NCBI GenBank assembly: GCA_910586195.1
Contig: CAJUHO010000002.1
Coordinates: 6,952-70,951 of the forward strand
From: an uncultured Bacilli bacterium
GTDB taxonomy: Bacteria; Bacillota_I; Bacilli_A; RF39; UBA660
Length of the DNA: 64,000 bases
Reading direction: 5' to 3'
The notes beneath the pieces were generated by a model. That model saw nothing but the letters and a program-made list of their open reading frames with translations. It was not told the origin of the DNA and ran no database searches. This document shows, piece after piece, positions 46,294 through 56,719 of this stretch. A program made the translations under genes and the position numbers. Position 1 is the stretch's first letter. Every line of letters begins with the position of its first letter.

Positions 46294-47424
46294 ATGGAAA
46301 AAGAAAATAAAAAAGCTAGACAATCTAATTTTGAATTAATGCGTATTATTTCGATGTTTATGATTGTTTTGTGGCATGTTATAAAAAATAATATTAATTT
46401 TGTACAGACACCAGATGTTATCCACTTTTTTCTAATCATTATTATTTGTACCATCGTGATTCACGTTAATTCCTTTGTAATGGTAAATGGTTATTTTTCC
46501 TTTTCAAAAACAAAAAGCTCTTGGAAAAAGGCTTGTTCATTGCTTGGGGTCACGTGGTTTTATAAAGTAGCAATAGCTGTTGTGTTATTTTTTATAACGA
46601 CTGGTGTGATAGGAAAATTTGAACTGTTCAAAGAGTTTTTTCCACTAGATATTATTAGAAGCTATTGGTTTATTAATTGTTATATTTTGTTACTACTTCT
46701 TTCTCCTTTTATAAATATTTTACTAGATCGTCTAACAGAGTCACAATATAGAAAACTGTTATTGATTTCTTTTCTGTTATTTTCTATTTTGCCATTTATA
46801 ACTAATCAAACGATGGTTAGTAACGATGGATTTAATCTTGTACAATTTGTTTTTCTATATTTGATAGGAGCTTATTTTAAGAAATATCCTATAGAGAAAA
46901 ATTATCATTTTAAAAATTTTTCAAAAAATAAAATTCAGCTTTTATCTTTATTCTTATTCTTGACTTGTATTTTCTTTAATGTTTGTATTTATTTTTTATC
47001 TCTTTATTTGCAAGGGGTTGATCAGGTACTTTTAAAAGAGGTAGGAGAGGGTCTTCATCATAGTATTTTTTGCTATAGTAGTCCTCTTATTATTATTCAG
47101 ACAATTGCCTATTTTCATTTTTTTAAGACATTATCAATCCAGAAGAAGTGGATTAATTCACTGGCAGGTCTTACTTTTGGTGTTTACTTGTTCCATGAAA
47201 ATTATTATTTAAAGTTAATTCTATATGCACCATTTAAACTTCATCAGCATGCACAAAATATGGGGATTTTTGTTTATGCCTTTGCAGTTGCTATTTCTAT
47301 ATTTTTAGTAGGAATGATTATTGAATGGATTCGTAAAGAGATGGCTAGATTTTTAAAGAGTCGCAAATGGATAAAGAATATTCAAAATAGATGTATTCAT
47401 TATGTAGAGCAGATAGAAGCATAG
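46294..47424 (+). CDS. Acyltransferase family 3 membrane protein (O-acetyltransferase)
   Basis: Acyl_transf_3 signature N-terminus MRIISMFMIVLWHV...; 10+ TM. Confidence 0.8.
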   Translation: MEKENKKARQSNFELMRIISMFMIVLWHVIKNNINFVQTPDVIHFFLIIIICTIVIHVNSFVMVNGYFSFSKTKSSWKKACSLLGVTWFYKVAIAVVLFFITTGVIGKFELFKEFFPLDIIRSYWFINCYILLLLLSPFINILLDRLTESQYRKLLLISFLLFSILPFITNQTMVSNDGFNLVQFVFLYLIGAYFKKYPIEKNYHFKNFSKNKIQLLSLFLFLTCIFFNVCIYFLSLYLQGVDQVLLKEVGEGLHHSIFCYSSPLIIIQTIAYFHFFKTLSIQKKWINSLAGLTFGVYLFHENYYLKLILYAPFKLHQHAQNMGIFVYAFAVAISIFLVGMIIEWIRKEMARFLKSRKWIKNIQNRCIHYVEQIEA

Positions 47425-47487
47425 ATTAGTTTTTACAAACCTGTAAGGATTATGATATAATGTATTATGAAATAAGGTGATAAAAAT

Positions 47488-50400
47488 ATGAGAATGCGAA
47501 AGAGTAAAAATATAAAGAAATTAATATGGCTATTTCTTTTCCTTTGTCCTTTTTTTTATACGAGGGGAGTAGAAGCAAAGACAAAAACAAATATGCATAT
47601 TGAAGTTCCAAAAATAAATGAGGTTTGTCGGGATTCCATGGTAATTAGTGGTTGGTTAATGAGTGAGAGTGATTCACCAGGTATTTATATCTATATTGAT
47701 AATCAATTGATTAATACCACTTTAAACCGTTTTGAAAGGGCAGATGTTGTAAAGAGCAATCCTGGATATTCGAACACAGAGAATAATAAGAAGCCAGGTT
47801 TTAATACTAGAATTGATACTTCTTCTTATTTAGATGGGGAACATATTTTAACAATTAATGTGTTAAATTCTAAAACAGGAGAGGTTTTGCAACAGTATAG
47901 TGCACATTTCAACATTCAGAAACATAATTCTGTTCTTCATTGGGAAAGGCCTACACAGAATCAAACGATTTCTGGAAAGACAACTCTTTCTGGTTGGGTA
48001 ATGAGTGATAATAAGCAGGCTGAAATTGTATATTATTTGAATAAGCAGAAAATTACAGTACCAACAACTCGTATTGCACGGGAAGATGTTATTCAGGGAA
48101 TGCCTGGATATGGTGGCAAAAGTACCAATCCTACTCCAGGTTTTTCGTCTGTTCTTGATTTATCAAACTATTTAGATGGAACATATTTTTTAGAGATGAA
48201 AATCGAGGATAAAAATACTCATGAAGTTTTAACAGCAGATTCTAGGAATATTATTTTAAAGAAATATAATGGGCATTTAAATGTTGACCATCCAAGTTTT
48301 AATGATATGGTGGGTACTTCCTTTGTGCTAGATGGTTGGGTATTAACGGAAAAAAAAGATGCTAAGTTAGAAGTTTATTTAAACGATAAGAAAATTGATA
48401 CTTTCTCTTCTAATACTCCGAGGGATGATGTACATCGTGCTATGAATAATAGTTATGGCGGAAAAACAATCAATCCTTTTCCAGGATTTTCTAGGGTGAT
48501 TGATATGACACCTTATGGAGATGGGAGTTATGATTTAAAAGTACGAGCTGTAAATCCGGAAACAGGAGAGGTTATTGTCTCTAATACTAAGAAAATAGTT
48601 TATCAAAAATATGCTAATCATATTAATTTAGATCATCCTACAACAAATAGTTTGGTAAAAGCGAATATGACAGTAGATGGTTGGTATTTGACAAGTTATC
48701 AGAATAATATTTTGGAAGTTTATATTAACGATCAAAAAATAAATGCTTCTATAAAAAGAACAGCAAGAGATGACGTACATCGTGCTATGAATAATGGTTA
48801 TGGTGGAAAAACTACTAATCCTCTTCCAGGCTTTTCTACAACAATTGATATGAGTTCTTATCAGGATGGTGATTATACTGTTAAGGTATTAATACGTAGT
48901 GCTGATAATCCTGACGAAATCATCGGTCAACAGTCAAGAGTTGTGACTTTGAAAAAATATGATACCTTTCTAAATGTAGATCATCCAGATAAAAAAGTAA
49001 AAGAGTATATGACAGTAGATGGTTGGTATTTATCTACTGCTACTAAAAAGCATATTGAAATAGAAATAGACGATACTCCTGTTCCTGTTCAGGTTTCATA
49101 TACTGCGAGGGACGATGTGCATCATGCTATGAATAATAGTTATGGTGGAAAAACTGCAAATCCTCTTCCTGGATTTTCTGCGGTTGTTGATTTACGAAAT
49201 TATCATGATGGTAGTCATAAATTAAAAGTAAAAGTTATTGATGAAGTTTTAGGCAACGTTATAAAGTCTTATGAACAGGAAATTATTTTAGATAAATATG
49301 ATGTTAAGATTCATTTGGATAAGCCAGCGAGCAGCACTAATCGTAATTTATCAGTAGGTGGTTGGGAAGTGTCAACTGCTAAAGATGAAACTGTTCGTAT
49401 TAAAATCGATGGTGAGGTTAAGAATACGAAGGTTTCTTATAGTGTGAGACCTGATGTTATCGCCTCTATTGGAAATACTTATGGCGGAGAAAATAGTAAT
49501 CCAACGCCAGGCTTTAATGCATTAGTAGATCTTAGTGATTATTCCGATGGCAGTCATGAAATTACTGTTGAAGTGATAGATGGGCAAACGGGGGATGTAT
49601 TGGAATCCGTTAAGCGAAAATTTCATTTGCAAAAATATGCAGGAATGATACACCTTGAAACGCCACAAACAAGTATGCTGAATGAGACGGGATTATTTGT
49701 AGCAGGTTGGGAAGTATCAGAACTTGATAATTCTTATATTAAAGTATATTTAGATGGAAAACCTTTATCTCCTGAAATTGTGCGTGCTGAAAGGCCTGAT
49801 GTTAATATGCCAGAGTATGGTGGTATTGCTATGAATGCTACACCTGCATTTGCCATGATTTTAGATCTTTCTAATTTGGGAGTTGGTAATCATAAACTGA
49901 AATTAGAACTTTATTCTCGTCTAGATGAAAAGTTAGATTCAATCGAAAAAGATTTGTTTATCTATCGTGATATTTATTTTGGTATTGATGTTTCAGATTA
50001 TCAAGGAAATATTGACTGGCAAGCAGTACGTAATGATGGTGTTCAATTTGCAATTATCCGTGCAGGATATAGAGGATATGGAACTGGTCGGATAATGAAG
50101 GATGAGCATTTTGATAGAAATATGAGTGAGGCACTTAAATATGGTGTTCAATGTGGTGTTTATTTCTATTCTCAAGCAATTAATGAACAAGAGGCAGTAG
50201 AAGAGGCAGAGTTTGTGATTAATAGGTTAAATAGTTATAAAGGACAAGTACGTTTTCCTATTGTATTTGATACAGAATTTACAGGAACTAATTTAGGAAG
50301 GGCCGATTATTTGACTACGCCACAAAGAACTGCAGTAGCGAAGGCTTTCTTAGATAGGATTGCAAGAGAAGGTTATCGTCCTATGATTTATGCAAGTAGG

Positions 50401-50610
50401 GATTTCCTATACCATAATTTGTTTATGAATCAGTTAAGTAATTATGATGTGTGGTTAGCGCATTATACAAATGGTGCTGCACAGGATCCATTGGCACATC
50501 CAAGTAATTACACAGGTCCTTATCAAATATGGCAGTATACTTCTTCTGGTAGTGCTTTAGGAATTAATGGTAGTGTAGATAGAAATATTGCTTATAAATG
50601 GTATAACTAA
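47488..50610 (+). CDS. Secreted GH25 muramidase (lysozyme) with seven N-terminal tandem repeats of about 107 aa
   Basis: Signal peptide; repeats each containing ...(A/E)R(D/P)DV....YGG...NP.PGF....D.S.Y.DG.H.L...; C-terminal GH25 domain (GIDVSDYQGNIDWQAVRNDGVQFAIIRAGYRGYG...D.N...Y.F.). Confidence 0.8.
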   Translation: MRMRKSKNIKKLIWLFLFLCPFFYTRGVEAKTKTNMHIEVPKINEVCRDSMVISGWLMSESDSPGIYIYIDNQLINTTLNRFERADVVKSNPGYSNTENNKKPGFNTRIDTSSYLDGEHILTINVLNSKTGEVLQQYSAHFNIQKHNSVLHWERPTQNQTISGKTTLSGWVMSDNKQAEIVYYLNKQKITVPTTRIAREDVIQGMPGYGGKSTNPTPGFSSVLDLSNYLDGTYFLEMKIEDKNTHEVLTADSRNIILKKYNGHLNVDHPSFNDMVGTSFVLDGWVLTEKKDAKLEVYLNDKKIDTFSSNTPRDDVHRAMNNSYGGKTINPFPGFSRVIDMTPYGDGSYDLKVRAVNPETGEVIVSNTKKIVYQKYANHINLDHPTTNSLVKANMTVDGWYLTSYQNNILEVYINDQKINASIKRTARDDVHRAMNNGYGGKTTNPLPGFSTTIDMSSYQDGDYTVKVLIRSADNPDEIIGQQSRVVTLKKYDTFLNVDHPDKKVKEYMTVDGWYLSTATKKHIEIEIDDTPVPVQVSYTARDDVHHAMNNSYGGKTANPLPGFSAVVDLRNYHDGSHKLKVKVIDEVLGNVIKSYEQEIILDKYDVKIHLDKPASSTNRNLSVGGWEVSTAKDETVRIKIDGEVKNTKVSYSVRPDVIASIGNTYGGENSNPTPGFNALVDLSDYSDGSHEITVEVIDGQTGDVLESVKRKFHLQKYAGMIHLETPQTSMLNETGLFVAGWEVSELDNSYIKVYLDGKPLSPEIVRAERPDVNMPEYGGIAMNATPAFAMILDLSNLGVGNHKLKLELYSRLDEKLDSIEKDLFIYRDIYFGIDVSDYQGNIDWQAVRNDGVQFAIIRAGYRGYGTGRIMKDEHFDRNMSEALKYGVQCGVYFYSQAINEQEAVEEAEFVINRLNSYKGQVRFPIVFDTEFTGTNLGRADYLTTPQRTAVAKAFLDRIAREGYRPMIYASRDFLYHNLFMNQLSNYDVWLAHYTNGAAQDPLAHPSNYTGPYQIWQYTSSGSALGINGSVDRNIAYKWYN

Positions 50611-50627
50611 TGGTTAAGGAGAAAACG

Positions 50628-51806
50628 ATGAAAATTTGTGTTTATACTTGTATTACAGGTAATTATGATAAAGTAAATGAAATTAAGTTGAAAGAGCCAG
50701 ATATTGATTATTATTTATTTACTAATAATAAAAAGATAAAGTCTAAAACATGGGATGTTATTTATATCAATAGTGATACTTTAGATGATGCTAAATTATC
50801 AAGGGAGATTAAAATCATTGGTCATGATATTATTAGAAATGGTTATGACGTTAGTGTATGGATGGATGGCAATATTATTATAGAAAAGAGCATTCATCAA
50901 TTTATTAATACTTTTATGACTGATGATACTAAATTTTTGGCTTTTAAACATAGTAAGAGAAACTCTATTGCAGAAGAGATGGAAGCATGTATTGAGCATC
51001 AAAAGGAATCTATTTATAACGTAGAAAGACTTAGGGAATTTTATAAACAGGAAAATTTTAAGGATAATACTGGTTTAATTGAGTGTACTGTTCATGTAAA
51101 AAAGCATAATGATCCTCAAGTTATAGAAACTATGAAACTTTGGTTTGATATGGTTAAAGGATATTCAGGAAGAGATCAACTATCTTTTAATTACGCTATT
51201 TCAAAAACAGGCCTAAAGGTGACTTGGATTAATGAAAATGTTTGGGATAATGAATGGTTTTCTAATAATAATCATATTCCCTCTAAGCATAAAGAAAACT
51301 TTAAGGTCTATTTTGAGACAGATGGTGTTTTTACAGAACAAAATATTAAAGTGGGAAAATATCAAATAAATAAGAATATTTATACAGCTATTTTTAAGAA
51401 TCCAACAAATTCAAAAACGATTAGATTTGATCCTACAGATTTAAAAGAGATGAAATGTTCTAATCTCGTAATCAAAGGTTGTGGAAAATACACAATTGAT
51501 TATGTAAATTGTCTTAGATTAGATAATATTATCTATTTTAAAAACGATGATCCCTTCTTTATTATTCATACATCACAGAAAACTGAGGAAATAGAAATTT
51601 CCATGGTTTTGAGTAAGCAGACTGATAAAGATATAAAAAGTTTTATGGATTTAATAGACATGCAGAAAGATAAAATAGAGTTTTATGAAGAAAGGGAGCC
51701 TAATATCCAACAAAGTCTAGCACGATTAAAGCAAATTGAAAATTCTCGTGGTTGGAAAGCGTTAGAGAAATGTCGAAGAATTTTAAAAAGGAATGATTCA
51801 ATTTGA
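50628..51806 (+). CDS. DUF616-type putative glycosyltransferase
   Basis: N-terminus MKICVYTCITGNYDK... matches the DUF616/TOD1 glycosyltransferase-like pattern; RBS AAGGAG; the ORF track extends it to 50610. Confidence 0.45.
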   Translation: MKICVYTCITGNYDKVNEIKLKEPDIDYYLFTNNKKIKSKTWDVIYINSDTLDDAKLSREIKIIGHDIIRNGYDVSVWMDGNIIIEKSIHQFINTFMTDDTKFLAFKHSKRNSIAEEMEACIEHQKESIYNVERLREFYKQENFKDNTGLIECTVHVKKHNDPQVIETMKLWFDMVKGYSGRDQLSFNYAISKTGLKVTWINENVWDNEWFSNNNHIPSKHKENFKVYFETDGVFTEQNIKVGKYQINKNIYTAIFKNPTNSKTIRFDPTDLKEMKCSNLVIKGCGKYTIDYVNCLRLDNIIYFKNDDPFFIIHTSQKTEEIEISMVLSKQTDKDIKSFMDLIDMQKDKIEFYEEREPNIQQSLARLKQIENSRGWKALEKCRRILKRNDSI

Positions 51807-52654
51807 AGTTATGTGGAGTTTTAGTTGCTTTTAATCCAGATAGAAGTGTTATTCATAATATTGAAACATATTTAGATGGGTTAGATAAATTATATATTAT
51901 TGATAATAGTTTAACGTCTTATCAAGAGTTATTTCAACATAAAAAAATAAAGTATATTGCAAATTCTAAAAATACTGGAATTGCCCATGCGCTAAATCAG
52001 GGTGTAGATTGTGCTTTAGAAGATGGTTTTCAATATATATTAACAATGGATCAAGATAGTTATTTTGAAGAATCAGATTTTTCTAAATATAAAGAACAAT
52101 TTTTAAAAAATATAAATGAGAAAATAGGAATTTATACACCACTTCACTATACCAAAAGTGAAAAAATAAATCACTTTATTCAGACGGACTCTCTTGTTGT
52201 GATGACATCTGGTAATATTTTAAATATGAAAATTCATCAAGAATTAGGTGGATTTAAGGAATGGCTTTTTATTGATGGTGTAGATCAAGAGTATTGTCTG
52301 AATTTACGCAAACATGGTTATGAAATCCAGTTATTTGAAAATATTTTTCTACATCATTCTCTAGGAAATATTAGGAGTAGAAAATTATTAGGTCATACAT
52401 TTATGGTTACTAATCATTCCTATATTAGGCGTTATTTTATTACTAGAAATCGACTATATATTAATCAACTTTATCATAAGATATTTACAGATTTTTGTAA
52501 AAAAGAGTTAGAGAATACGAAAAAGGAAACTATAAAAATTATTTTATTTGAAAAAGATAAATTAAAGAAAATACATTGGATTAGGCAAGGAAAAAAAGAT
52601 TTTTTAAAAAATATAAAAGGGATGCCGTCCTACGTTGAGGAGGAGTTAAAATGA
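51803..52654 (+). CDS. Family-2 glycosyltransferase (rhamnosyltransferase-like)
   Basis: GVLVAFNP... DNS...DQDSYF pattern of WbbL-type GT2 enzymes. Confidence 0.7.
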   Translation: MKLCGVLVAFNPDRSVIHNIETYLDGLDKLYIIDNSLTSYQELFQHKKIKYIANSKNTGIAHALNQGVDCALEDGFQYILTMDQDSYFEESDFSKYKEQFLKNINEKIGIYTPLHYTKSEKINHFIQTDSLVVMTSGNILNMKIHQELGGFKEWLFIDGVDQEYCLNLRKHGYEIQLFENIFLHHSLGNIRSRKLLGHTFMVTNHSYIRRYFITRNRLYINQLYHKIFTDFCKKELENTKKETIKIILFEKDKLKKIHWIRQGKKDFLKNIKGMPSYVEEELK

Positions 52655-54684
52655 AAAATTATTATATTGATGATTATTTTTTAGATCAAGAGGCAAAAAC
52701 GTTATATTTAAAGGGATGGGCATATCATGAAAGTCCATATCAAATTTTGGTGGTAGTTGATAAGCAGAAGGTTTTATCAGAAGAGCCTAATGAATACCGT
52801 ATGGATATTTGTGATAAATATACATCAAAAGAGGATCAGAGAAAATTTGGATTTGAGTATACAATAAATCTTAAGTCTATTGCACATAAAATAGAAGTTT
52901 TTGCTGTTACAGAGGATGAGCAGTATCGCCTATTTTCTGTAAAAATACCTGTAACTCCTGTTCAAAAAGCTTTTCATCGTGTCAGTGCACTTTCAAGAAA
53001 GTGTATGAAAGTTTTGTGGAAGCAGAATATTCGCCTGTTGAATCCTAAAACAATTTATCGATATTTTTGTACAGTTATAGAAAACAGACAATACCAAAAG
53101 TCTAGTGGAGAGTATGTAAATCCTAATAATTCTTTTCAATATCGAAACTGGGTGGCTGAAAAGGAAAAAAGAGAAGGAAAAGAGGTTTATCAACAGCTTT
53201 CATATCAACCTTTAATTTCTATTTTAGTTCCAGTTTATAATGTACCAATCGTATATCTTAAGGCCTGTATTGACTCTGTTCTTATGCAAACTTATCCAAA
53301 TTTTGAACTTTGTCTTGCCGATGATTGTTCTACTGATTTAGAAATAAAAAAGGTGTTAAAGCAATATGAAAAGAAAGATAAACGTATTAAAGTAGTGTAT
53401 CGTACAGAGAATGGTCATATTTCAAAAGCCTCTAATTCGTGTCTTACTGTTGCAACAGGTGAGTTTATCTCCCTTTTGGATAATGATGATGTTATTACAA
53501 AAGATGCTCTTTATCAAGTAGTAAAAGTACTTAATGAAAATCCTAAATTAGATCTTATTTATAGTGATGAGGATAAATTGGACTTGAATGAACACTTATG
53601 TTTTCCAACCTATAAACCAGATTGGTCTCCCGATTTATTTCATTGCTACAACTATTTGTGTCATTTCACTACGATTCGAAAAAAAGTGATGGATCAAGTG
53701 GGAGGTTTTCGTGTTGGTTATGAAGGAGCACAAGACTATGATTTGTTTTTGAGAATTACTGCTAAAATTAAAGATAGTCATATTTATCATATTCCTAAAA
53801 TTCTTTATCATTGGCGGATGATTGCAGGTTCTACTGCGGCTGTTATGACAAATAAAAACTATGCTTTCGGTCGTGGAAAAAAAGCTTTACAAGAATATTT
53901 TGATAAGAAAAAAATTTCTTGTAAGGTTGGGAGGGTTCCAGAACTTCCTTATTATTATCCTAATTATAAATATACGAAAAAGAATTTGATTACTATTATC
54001 ATAAATGGAAAGGGAAGTCGTTTAAATAAGTGTATTCATAGATTAGAAAAATACACAGATTATAAAAAGATGGAAATTTTAACTTCTGAGATGGGAAGTT
54101 TTAAGGAACTAATAGAGCGTGCTAAGGGAGTTTGTATTGTTGTGATGGATGAAAATACAATTATTACAAAGGAATCATCTATTCATGATTTGGTTACTTT
54201 GGCAATGCAAGATCATGTTGGTGTGGTTTCTCCATCAATTAAGAAAAAGAATAGTTATTTTCGTTCCTCTGGAGTTGTTCTTTTTAAGAATAATTTTAAA
54301 CATGTTATTTATTCTACTAGACAAAGAACTACAGCTATAGAGCCTAAACTACATATGCCAGTCAATTATACTGTACCTGGAACTAAGGTGTTTGCCTTTT
54401 CTAAAGAGAAGTATCTGCATACTAATATAAAATTAAAAATGAATGATTTTCCAAATGAGATTGATGTTATTCATATGTGTCTAAATTTTCGTAAACGAAA
54501 TTTTTATAATGTTACCTTGGCACCAGATGAATTTTTGTATGCTGGTCCATTAGAGTTGGAATATGAAATGGAAGAATATGAAAAATTAAAGATTGTACAG
54601 GATTCTTTTTACAATCAGAATCTTAGTGAGTCTTATTTGTATCAATTAGACAAGTTTAATGAAGGAGAGGAAAGTAATGAGTAA
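52651..54684 (+). CDS. Multi-domain family-2 glycosyltransferase (677 aa)
   Basis: Central GT2 domain ISILVPVYNVPIVYLKACIDSVLMQTYPNFELCLADDCSTD ... DNDD; additional N- and C-terminal domains. Confidence 0.7.
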   Translation: MKNYYIDDYFLDQEAKTLYLKGWAYHESPYQILVVVDKQKVLSEEPNEYRMDICDKYTSKEDQRKFGFEYTINLKSIAHKIEVFAVTEDEQYRLFSVKIPVTPVQKAFHRVSALSRKCMKVLWKQNIRLLNPKTIYRYFCTVIENRQYQKSSGEYVNPNNSFQYRNWVAEKEKREGKEVYQQLSYQPLISILVPVYNVPIVYLKACIDSVLMQTYPNFELCLADDCSTDLEIKKVLKQYEKKDKRIKVVYRTENGHISKASNSCLTVATGEFISLLDNDDVITKDALYQVVKVLNENPKLDLIYSDEDKLDLNEHLCFPTYKPDWSPDLFHCYNYLCHFTTIRKKVMDQVGGFRVGYEGAQDYDLFLRITAKIKDSHIYHIPKILYHWRMIAGSTAAVMTNKNYAFGRGKKALQEYFDKKKISCKVGRVPELPYYYPNYKYTKKNLITIIINGKGSRLNKCIHRLEKYTDYKKMEILTSEMGSFKELIERAKGVCIVVMDENTIITKESSIHDLVTLAMQDHVGVVSPSIKKKNSYFRSSGVVLFKNNFKHVIYSTRQRTTAIEPKLHMPVNYTVPGTKVFAFSKEKYLHTNIKLKMNDFPNEIDVIHMCLNFRKRNFYNVTLAPDEFLYAGPLELEYEMEEYEKLKIVQDSFYNQNLSESYLYQLDKFNEGEESNE

Positions 54685-55873
54685 GATAAAGGATGTTGCC
54701 AAAAAGTCAAAAGTCATTACAAAGTTATATAATAGTTTTATTAGAAACTCAAAAAAAGATGCGATTGAAGAGGTTGTACATGATTACTATAAGGAACTAG
54801 CTGGTAAAAAAATTATCCTAGTCGGTCATAGTGGTGGCTTAGGAGGGGCAGAAGTCCTTTTACGTAATATGATTCAAGAGTTTGTTAGGCAAAAATATCA
54901 GGTCGTTGTTTTAGTGAGAGGGAATGGTCCTATTATTGAGTCTTATCAAAAATATGCTCCTACTTTTGTAATTGATACTGTGGAAAAAAATGTGGATTAT
55001 ATTCAAAGATTAAAAAGATTAGGATATAATAGTGCCATTTTAAATACGATAACAAATGGAGATTTAATACCATTATGTAAACAGAATGATATTCATGTAG
55101 TTCAATTAATTCATGAACTTCCTGGAGTAATTCACGCTTTAAAGTGTGAAGAGAGAGCAGAAATCATTGCAACACAAGCAGATTTAGTTGTTTTCCCTGC
55201 TAATTTTGTAAAAGAAAAGTTTGAAACGATTGCGCCTTTAAAAGTTCCATTCAAGGTAAAACCACAAGGTTTATATATGGTTTATAATAATTGGAATAAA
55301 AGTGAGTCTCGGAACTACCTTAAGCAGCAGTACAATATTCCACTTAATCATTTTATTGTATTAAATGTTGGATTAGGTGAACGCCGTAAAGGATTTGATT
55401 TGTTTGTGGAAATTGCTGATAGAATGAAGCAGGAGAAAATTACCTTTTTGTGGTTAGGTGATGTAAACGAAGAGTTGAAGTCACAACTTTCTAAAAAAAT
55501 GGAGAGACTTTCCAATTTAGTTTTACCTGGTTATGTCTGTGAAAAGGAAACTTTTATGAAGTTTTATGATGGTAGTGATATGTTTTTATTAACTTCAAGA
55601 GAAGATCCATTTCCGTCTGTTGTATTAGAATCATTTAATGCAAGAAGGCCTGTTGTTGCCTTTAAGGATGCTGGTGGATTTCAAGACATTGTGCAAACTG
55701 ATAAAAGTGGTTATCTAGTAGAATATGAGAATGTAGATGCTATGATAGAAAAGATTCGAGTTTTAAAAGAGGACGATAAGCTTCGAGAAACTCTTGGAGA
55801 AAATGCTAAAAAACTTAGTGATGAACATCGATTTGTAAATTATATTAAAACACTTGCTGATGAGTGTAAATGA
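54677..55873 (+). CDS. Family-4 (GT-B) glycosyltransferase
   Basis: C-terminal GT4 motif EDPFPSVVLESFNARRPVVAF...GY; RBS GGAGAGG. Confidence 0.75.
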   Translation: MSKIKDVAKKSKVITKLYNSFIRNSKKDAIEEVVHDYYKELAGKKIILVGHSGGLGGAEVLLRNMIQEFVRQKYQVVVLVRGNGPIIESYQKYAPTFVIDTVEKNVDYIQRLKRLGYNSAILNTITNGDLIPLCKQNDIHVVQLIHELPGVIHALKCEERAEIIATQADLVVFPANFVKEKFETIAPLKVPFKVKPQGLYMVYNNWNKSESRNYLKQQYNIPLNHFIVLNVGLGERRKGFDLFVEIADRMKQEKITFLWLGDVNEELKSQLSKKMERLSNLVLPGYVCEKETFMKFYDGSDMFLLTSREDPFPSVVLESFNARRPVVAFKDAGGFQDIVQTDKSGYLVEYENVDAMIEKIRVLKEDDKLRETLGENAKKLSDEHRFVNYIKTLADECK

Positions 55874-55883
55874 GGTGATAGTA

Positions 55884-56711
55884 ATGGAAGAGATTAAAAA
55901 AGTTAGTGTCATTATTCCTAATTATAATTATGCACGATATTTAAAGAAACGCATTAAAGTAATAGAAAAGCAAACATATCCAATTTATGAATTAATTGTA
56001 TTAGATGATTGTTCTTCTGATAATAGTAGACAAGTAATCGAGAAAATGGCCAAAAAATATCCGATTCGAACTATTTTTAATGAGAAAAATAGTGGTTGTG
56101 TTTTTAAACAATGGAAAAAGGGAATCGAAGCGGCAGAGGGAGATTACATTTGGATTGCTGAAGCGGACGATCAAGCGGATAAGCACCTTCTTGAGAATTT
56201 AATAGCAAAGTTTTCAGATAGTGAAGTTGTCCTTTCATATTGTGATTCTATGCAGATTAATGAGCATGGAAAAGTAATTCGAAAAAGTTGCAGTGATTTA
56301 GCTGATGAACTTGGGGATGGTAGGTATGAGCAGGATTATGTGAATTCTGGAGAAGATGAACTTTCTAATTATTTAGTAATAAAAAATTATATTTATAATG
56401 CTTCGGGTGTAGTATTTAAAAAAGATGATTATAGCAAGGTTTTAGATGATTGTGCTAAATTTAAATTGGCAGGAGACTGGTATTTTTATACTCAGATTGC
56501 TAAGAAGGGTAAAATTGCTTATGTGGCAAAACCATTAAACAAGCATCGTATTCATACTAATAGTGTGACAAAAACTACTAAAAAGCAACTTCATTATGAT
56601 GAGGTTGTAAGAATTCAGGAAGAGATTATGAATGAATATTCTATATCTGATTCTGTACTTAAACAAATTGAAGAACAAAGGGAAAAATTAAAACAAGTAT
56701 TGGGATTATAG
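55884..56711 (+). CDS. Family-2 glycosyltransferase
   Basis: VSVIIPNYNYARYLKKRIKVIEKQTYPIYELIVLDDCSSDNS; RBS GAGGTGA. Confidence 0.75.
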   Translation: MEEIKKVSVIIPNYNYARYLKKRIKVIEKQTYPIYELIVLDDCSSDNSRQVIEKMAKKYPIRTIFNEKNSGCVFKQWKKGIEAAEGDYIWIAEADDQADKHLLENLIAKFSDSEVVLSYCDSMQINEHGKVIRKSCSDLADELGDGRYEQDYVNSGEDELSNYLVIKNYIYNASGVVFKKDDYSKVLDDCAKFKLAGDWYFYTQIAKKGKIAYVAKPLNKHRIHTNSVTKTTKKQLHYDEVVRIQEEIMNEYSISDSVLKQIEEQREKLKQVLGL

Positions 56712-56719
56712 GAGTTATT

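Noticed and set aside
47488-50000. Periodic DNA repeats in the GH25 gene and in 34400-35650 considered as possible CRISPR arrays
   Set aside because: The repeats are long (about 320 nt) and degenerate, or short and imperfect, lie inside ORFs and lack identical repeat/unique spacer structure. No cas genes in the window.
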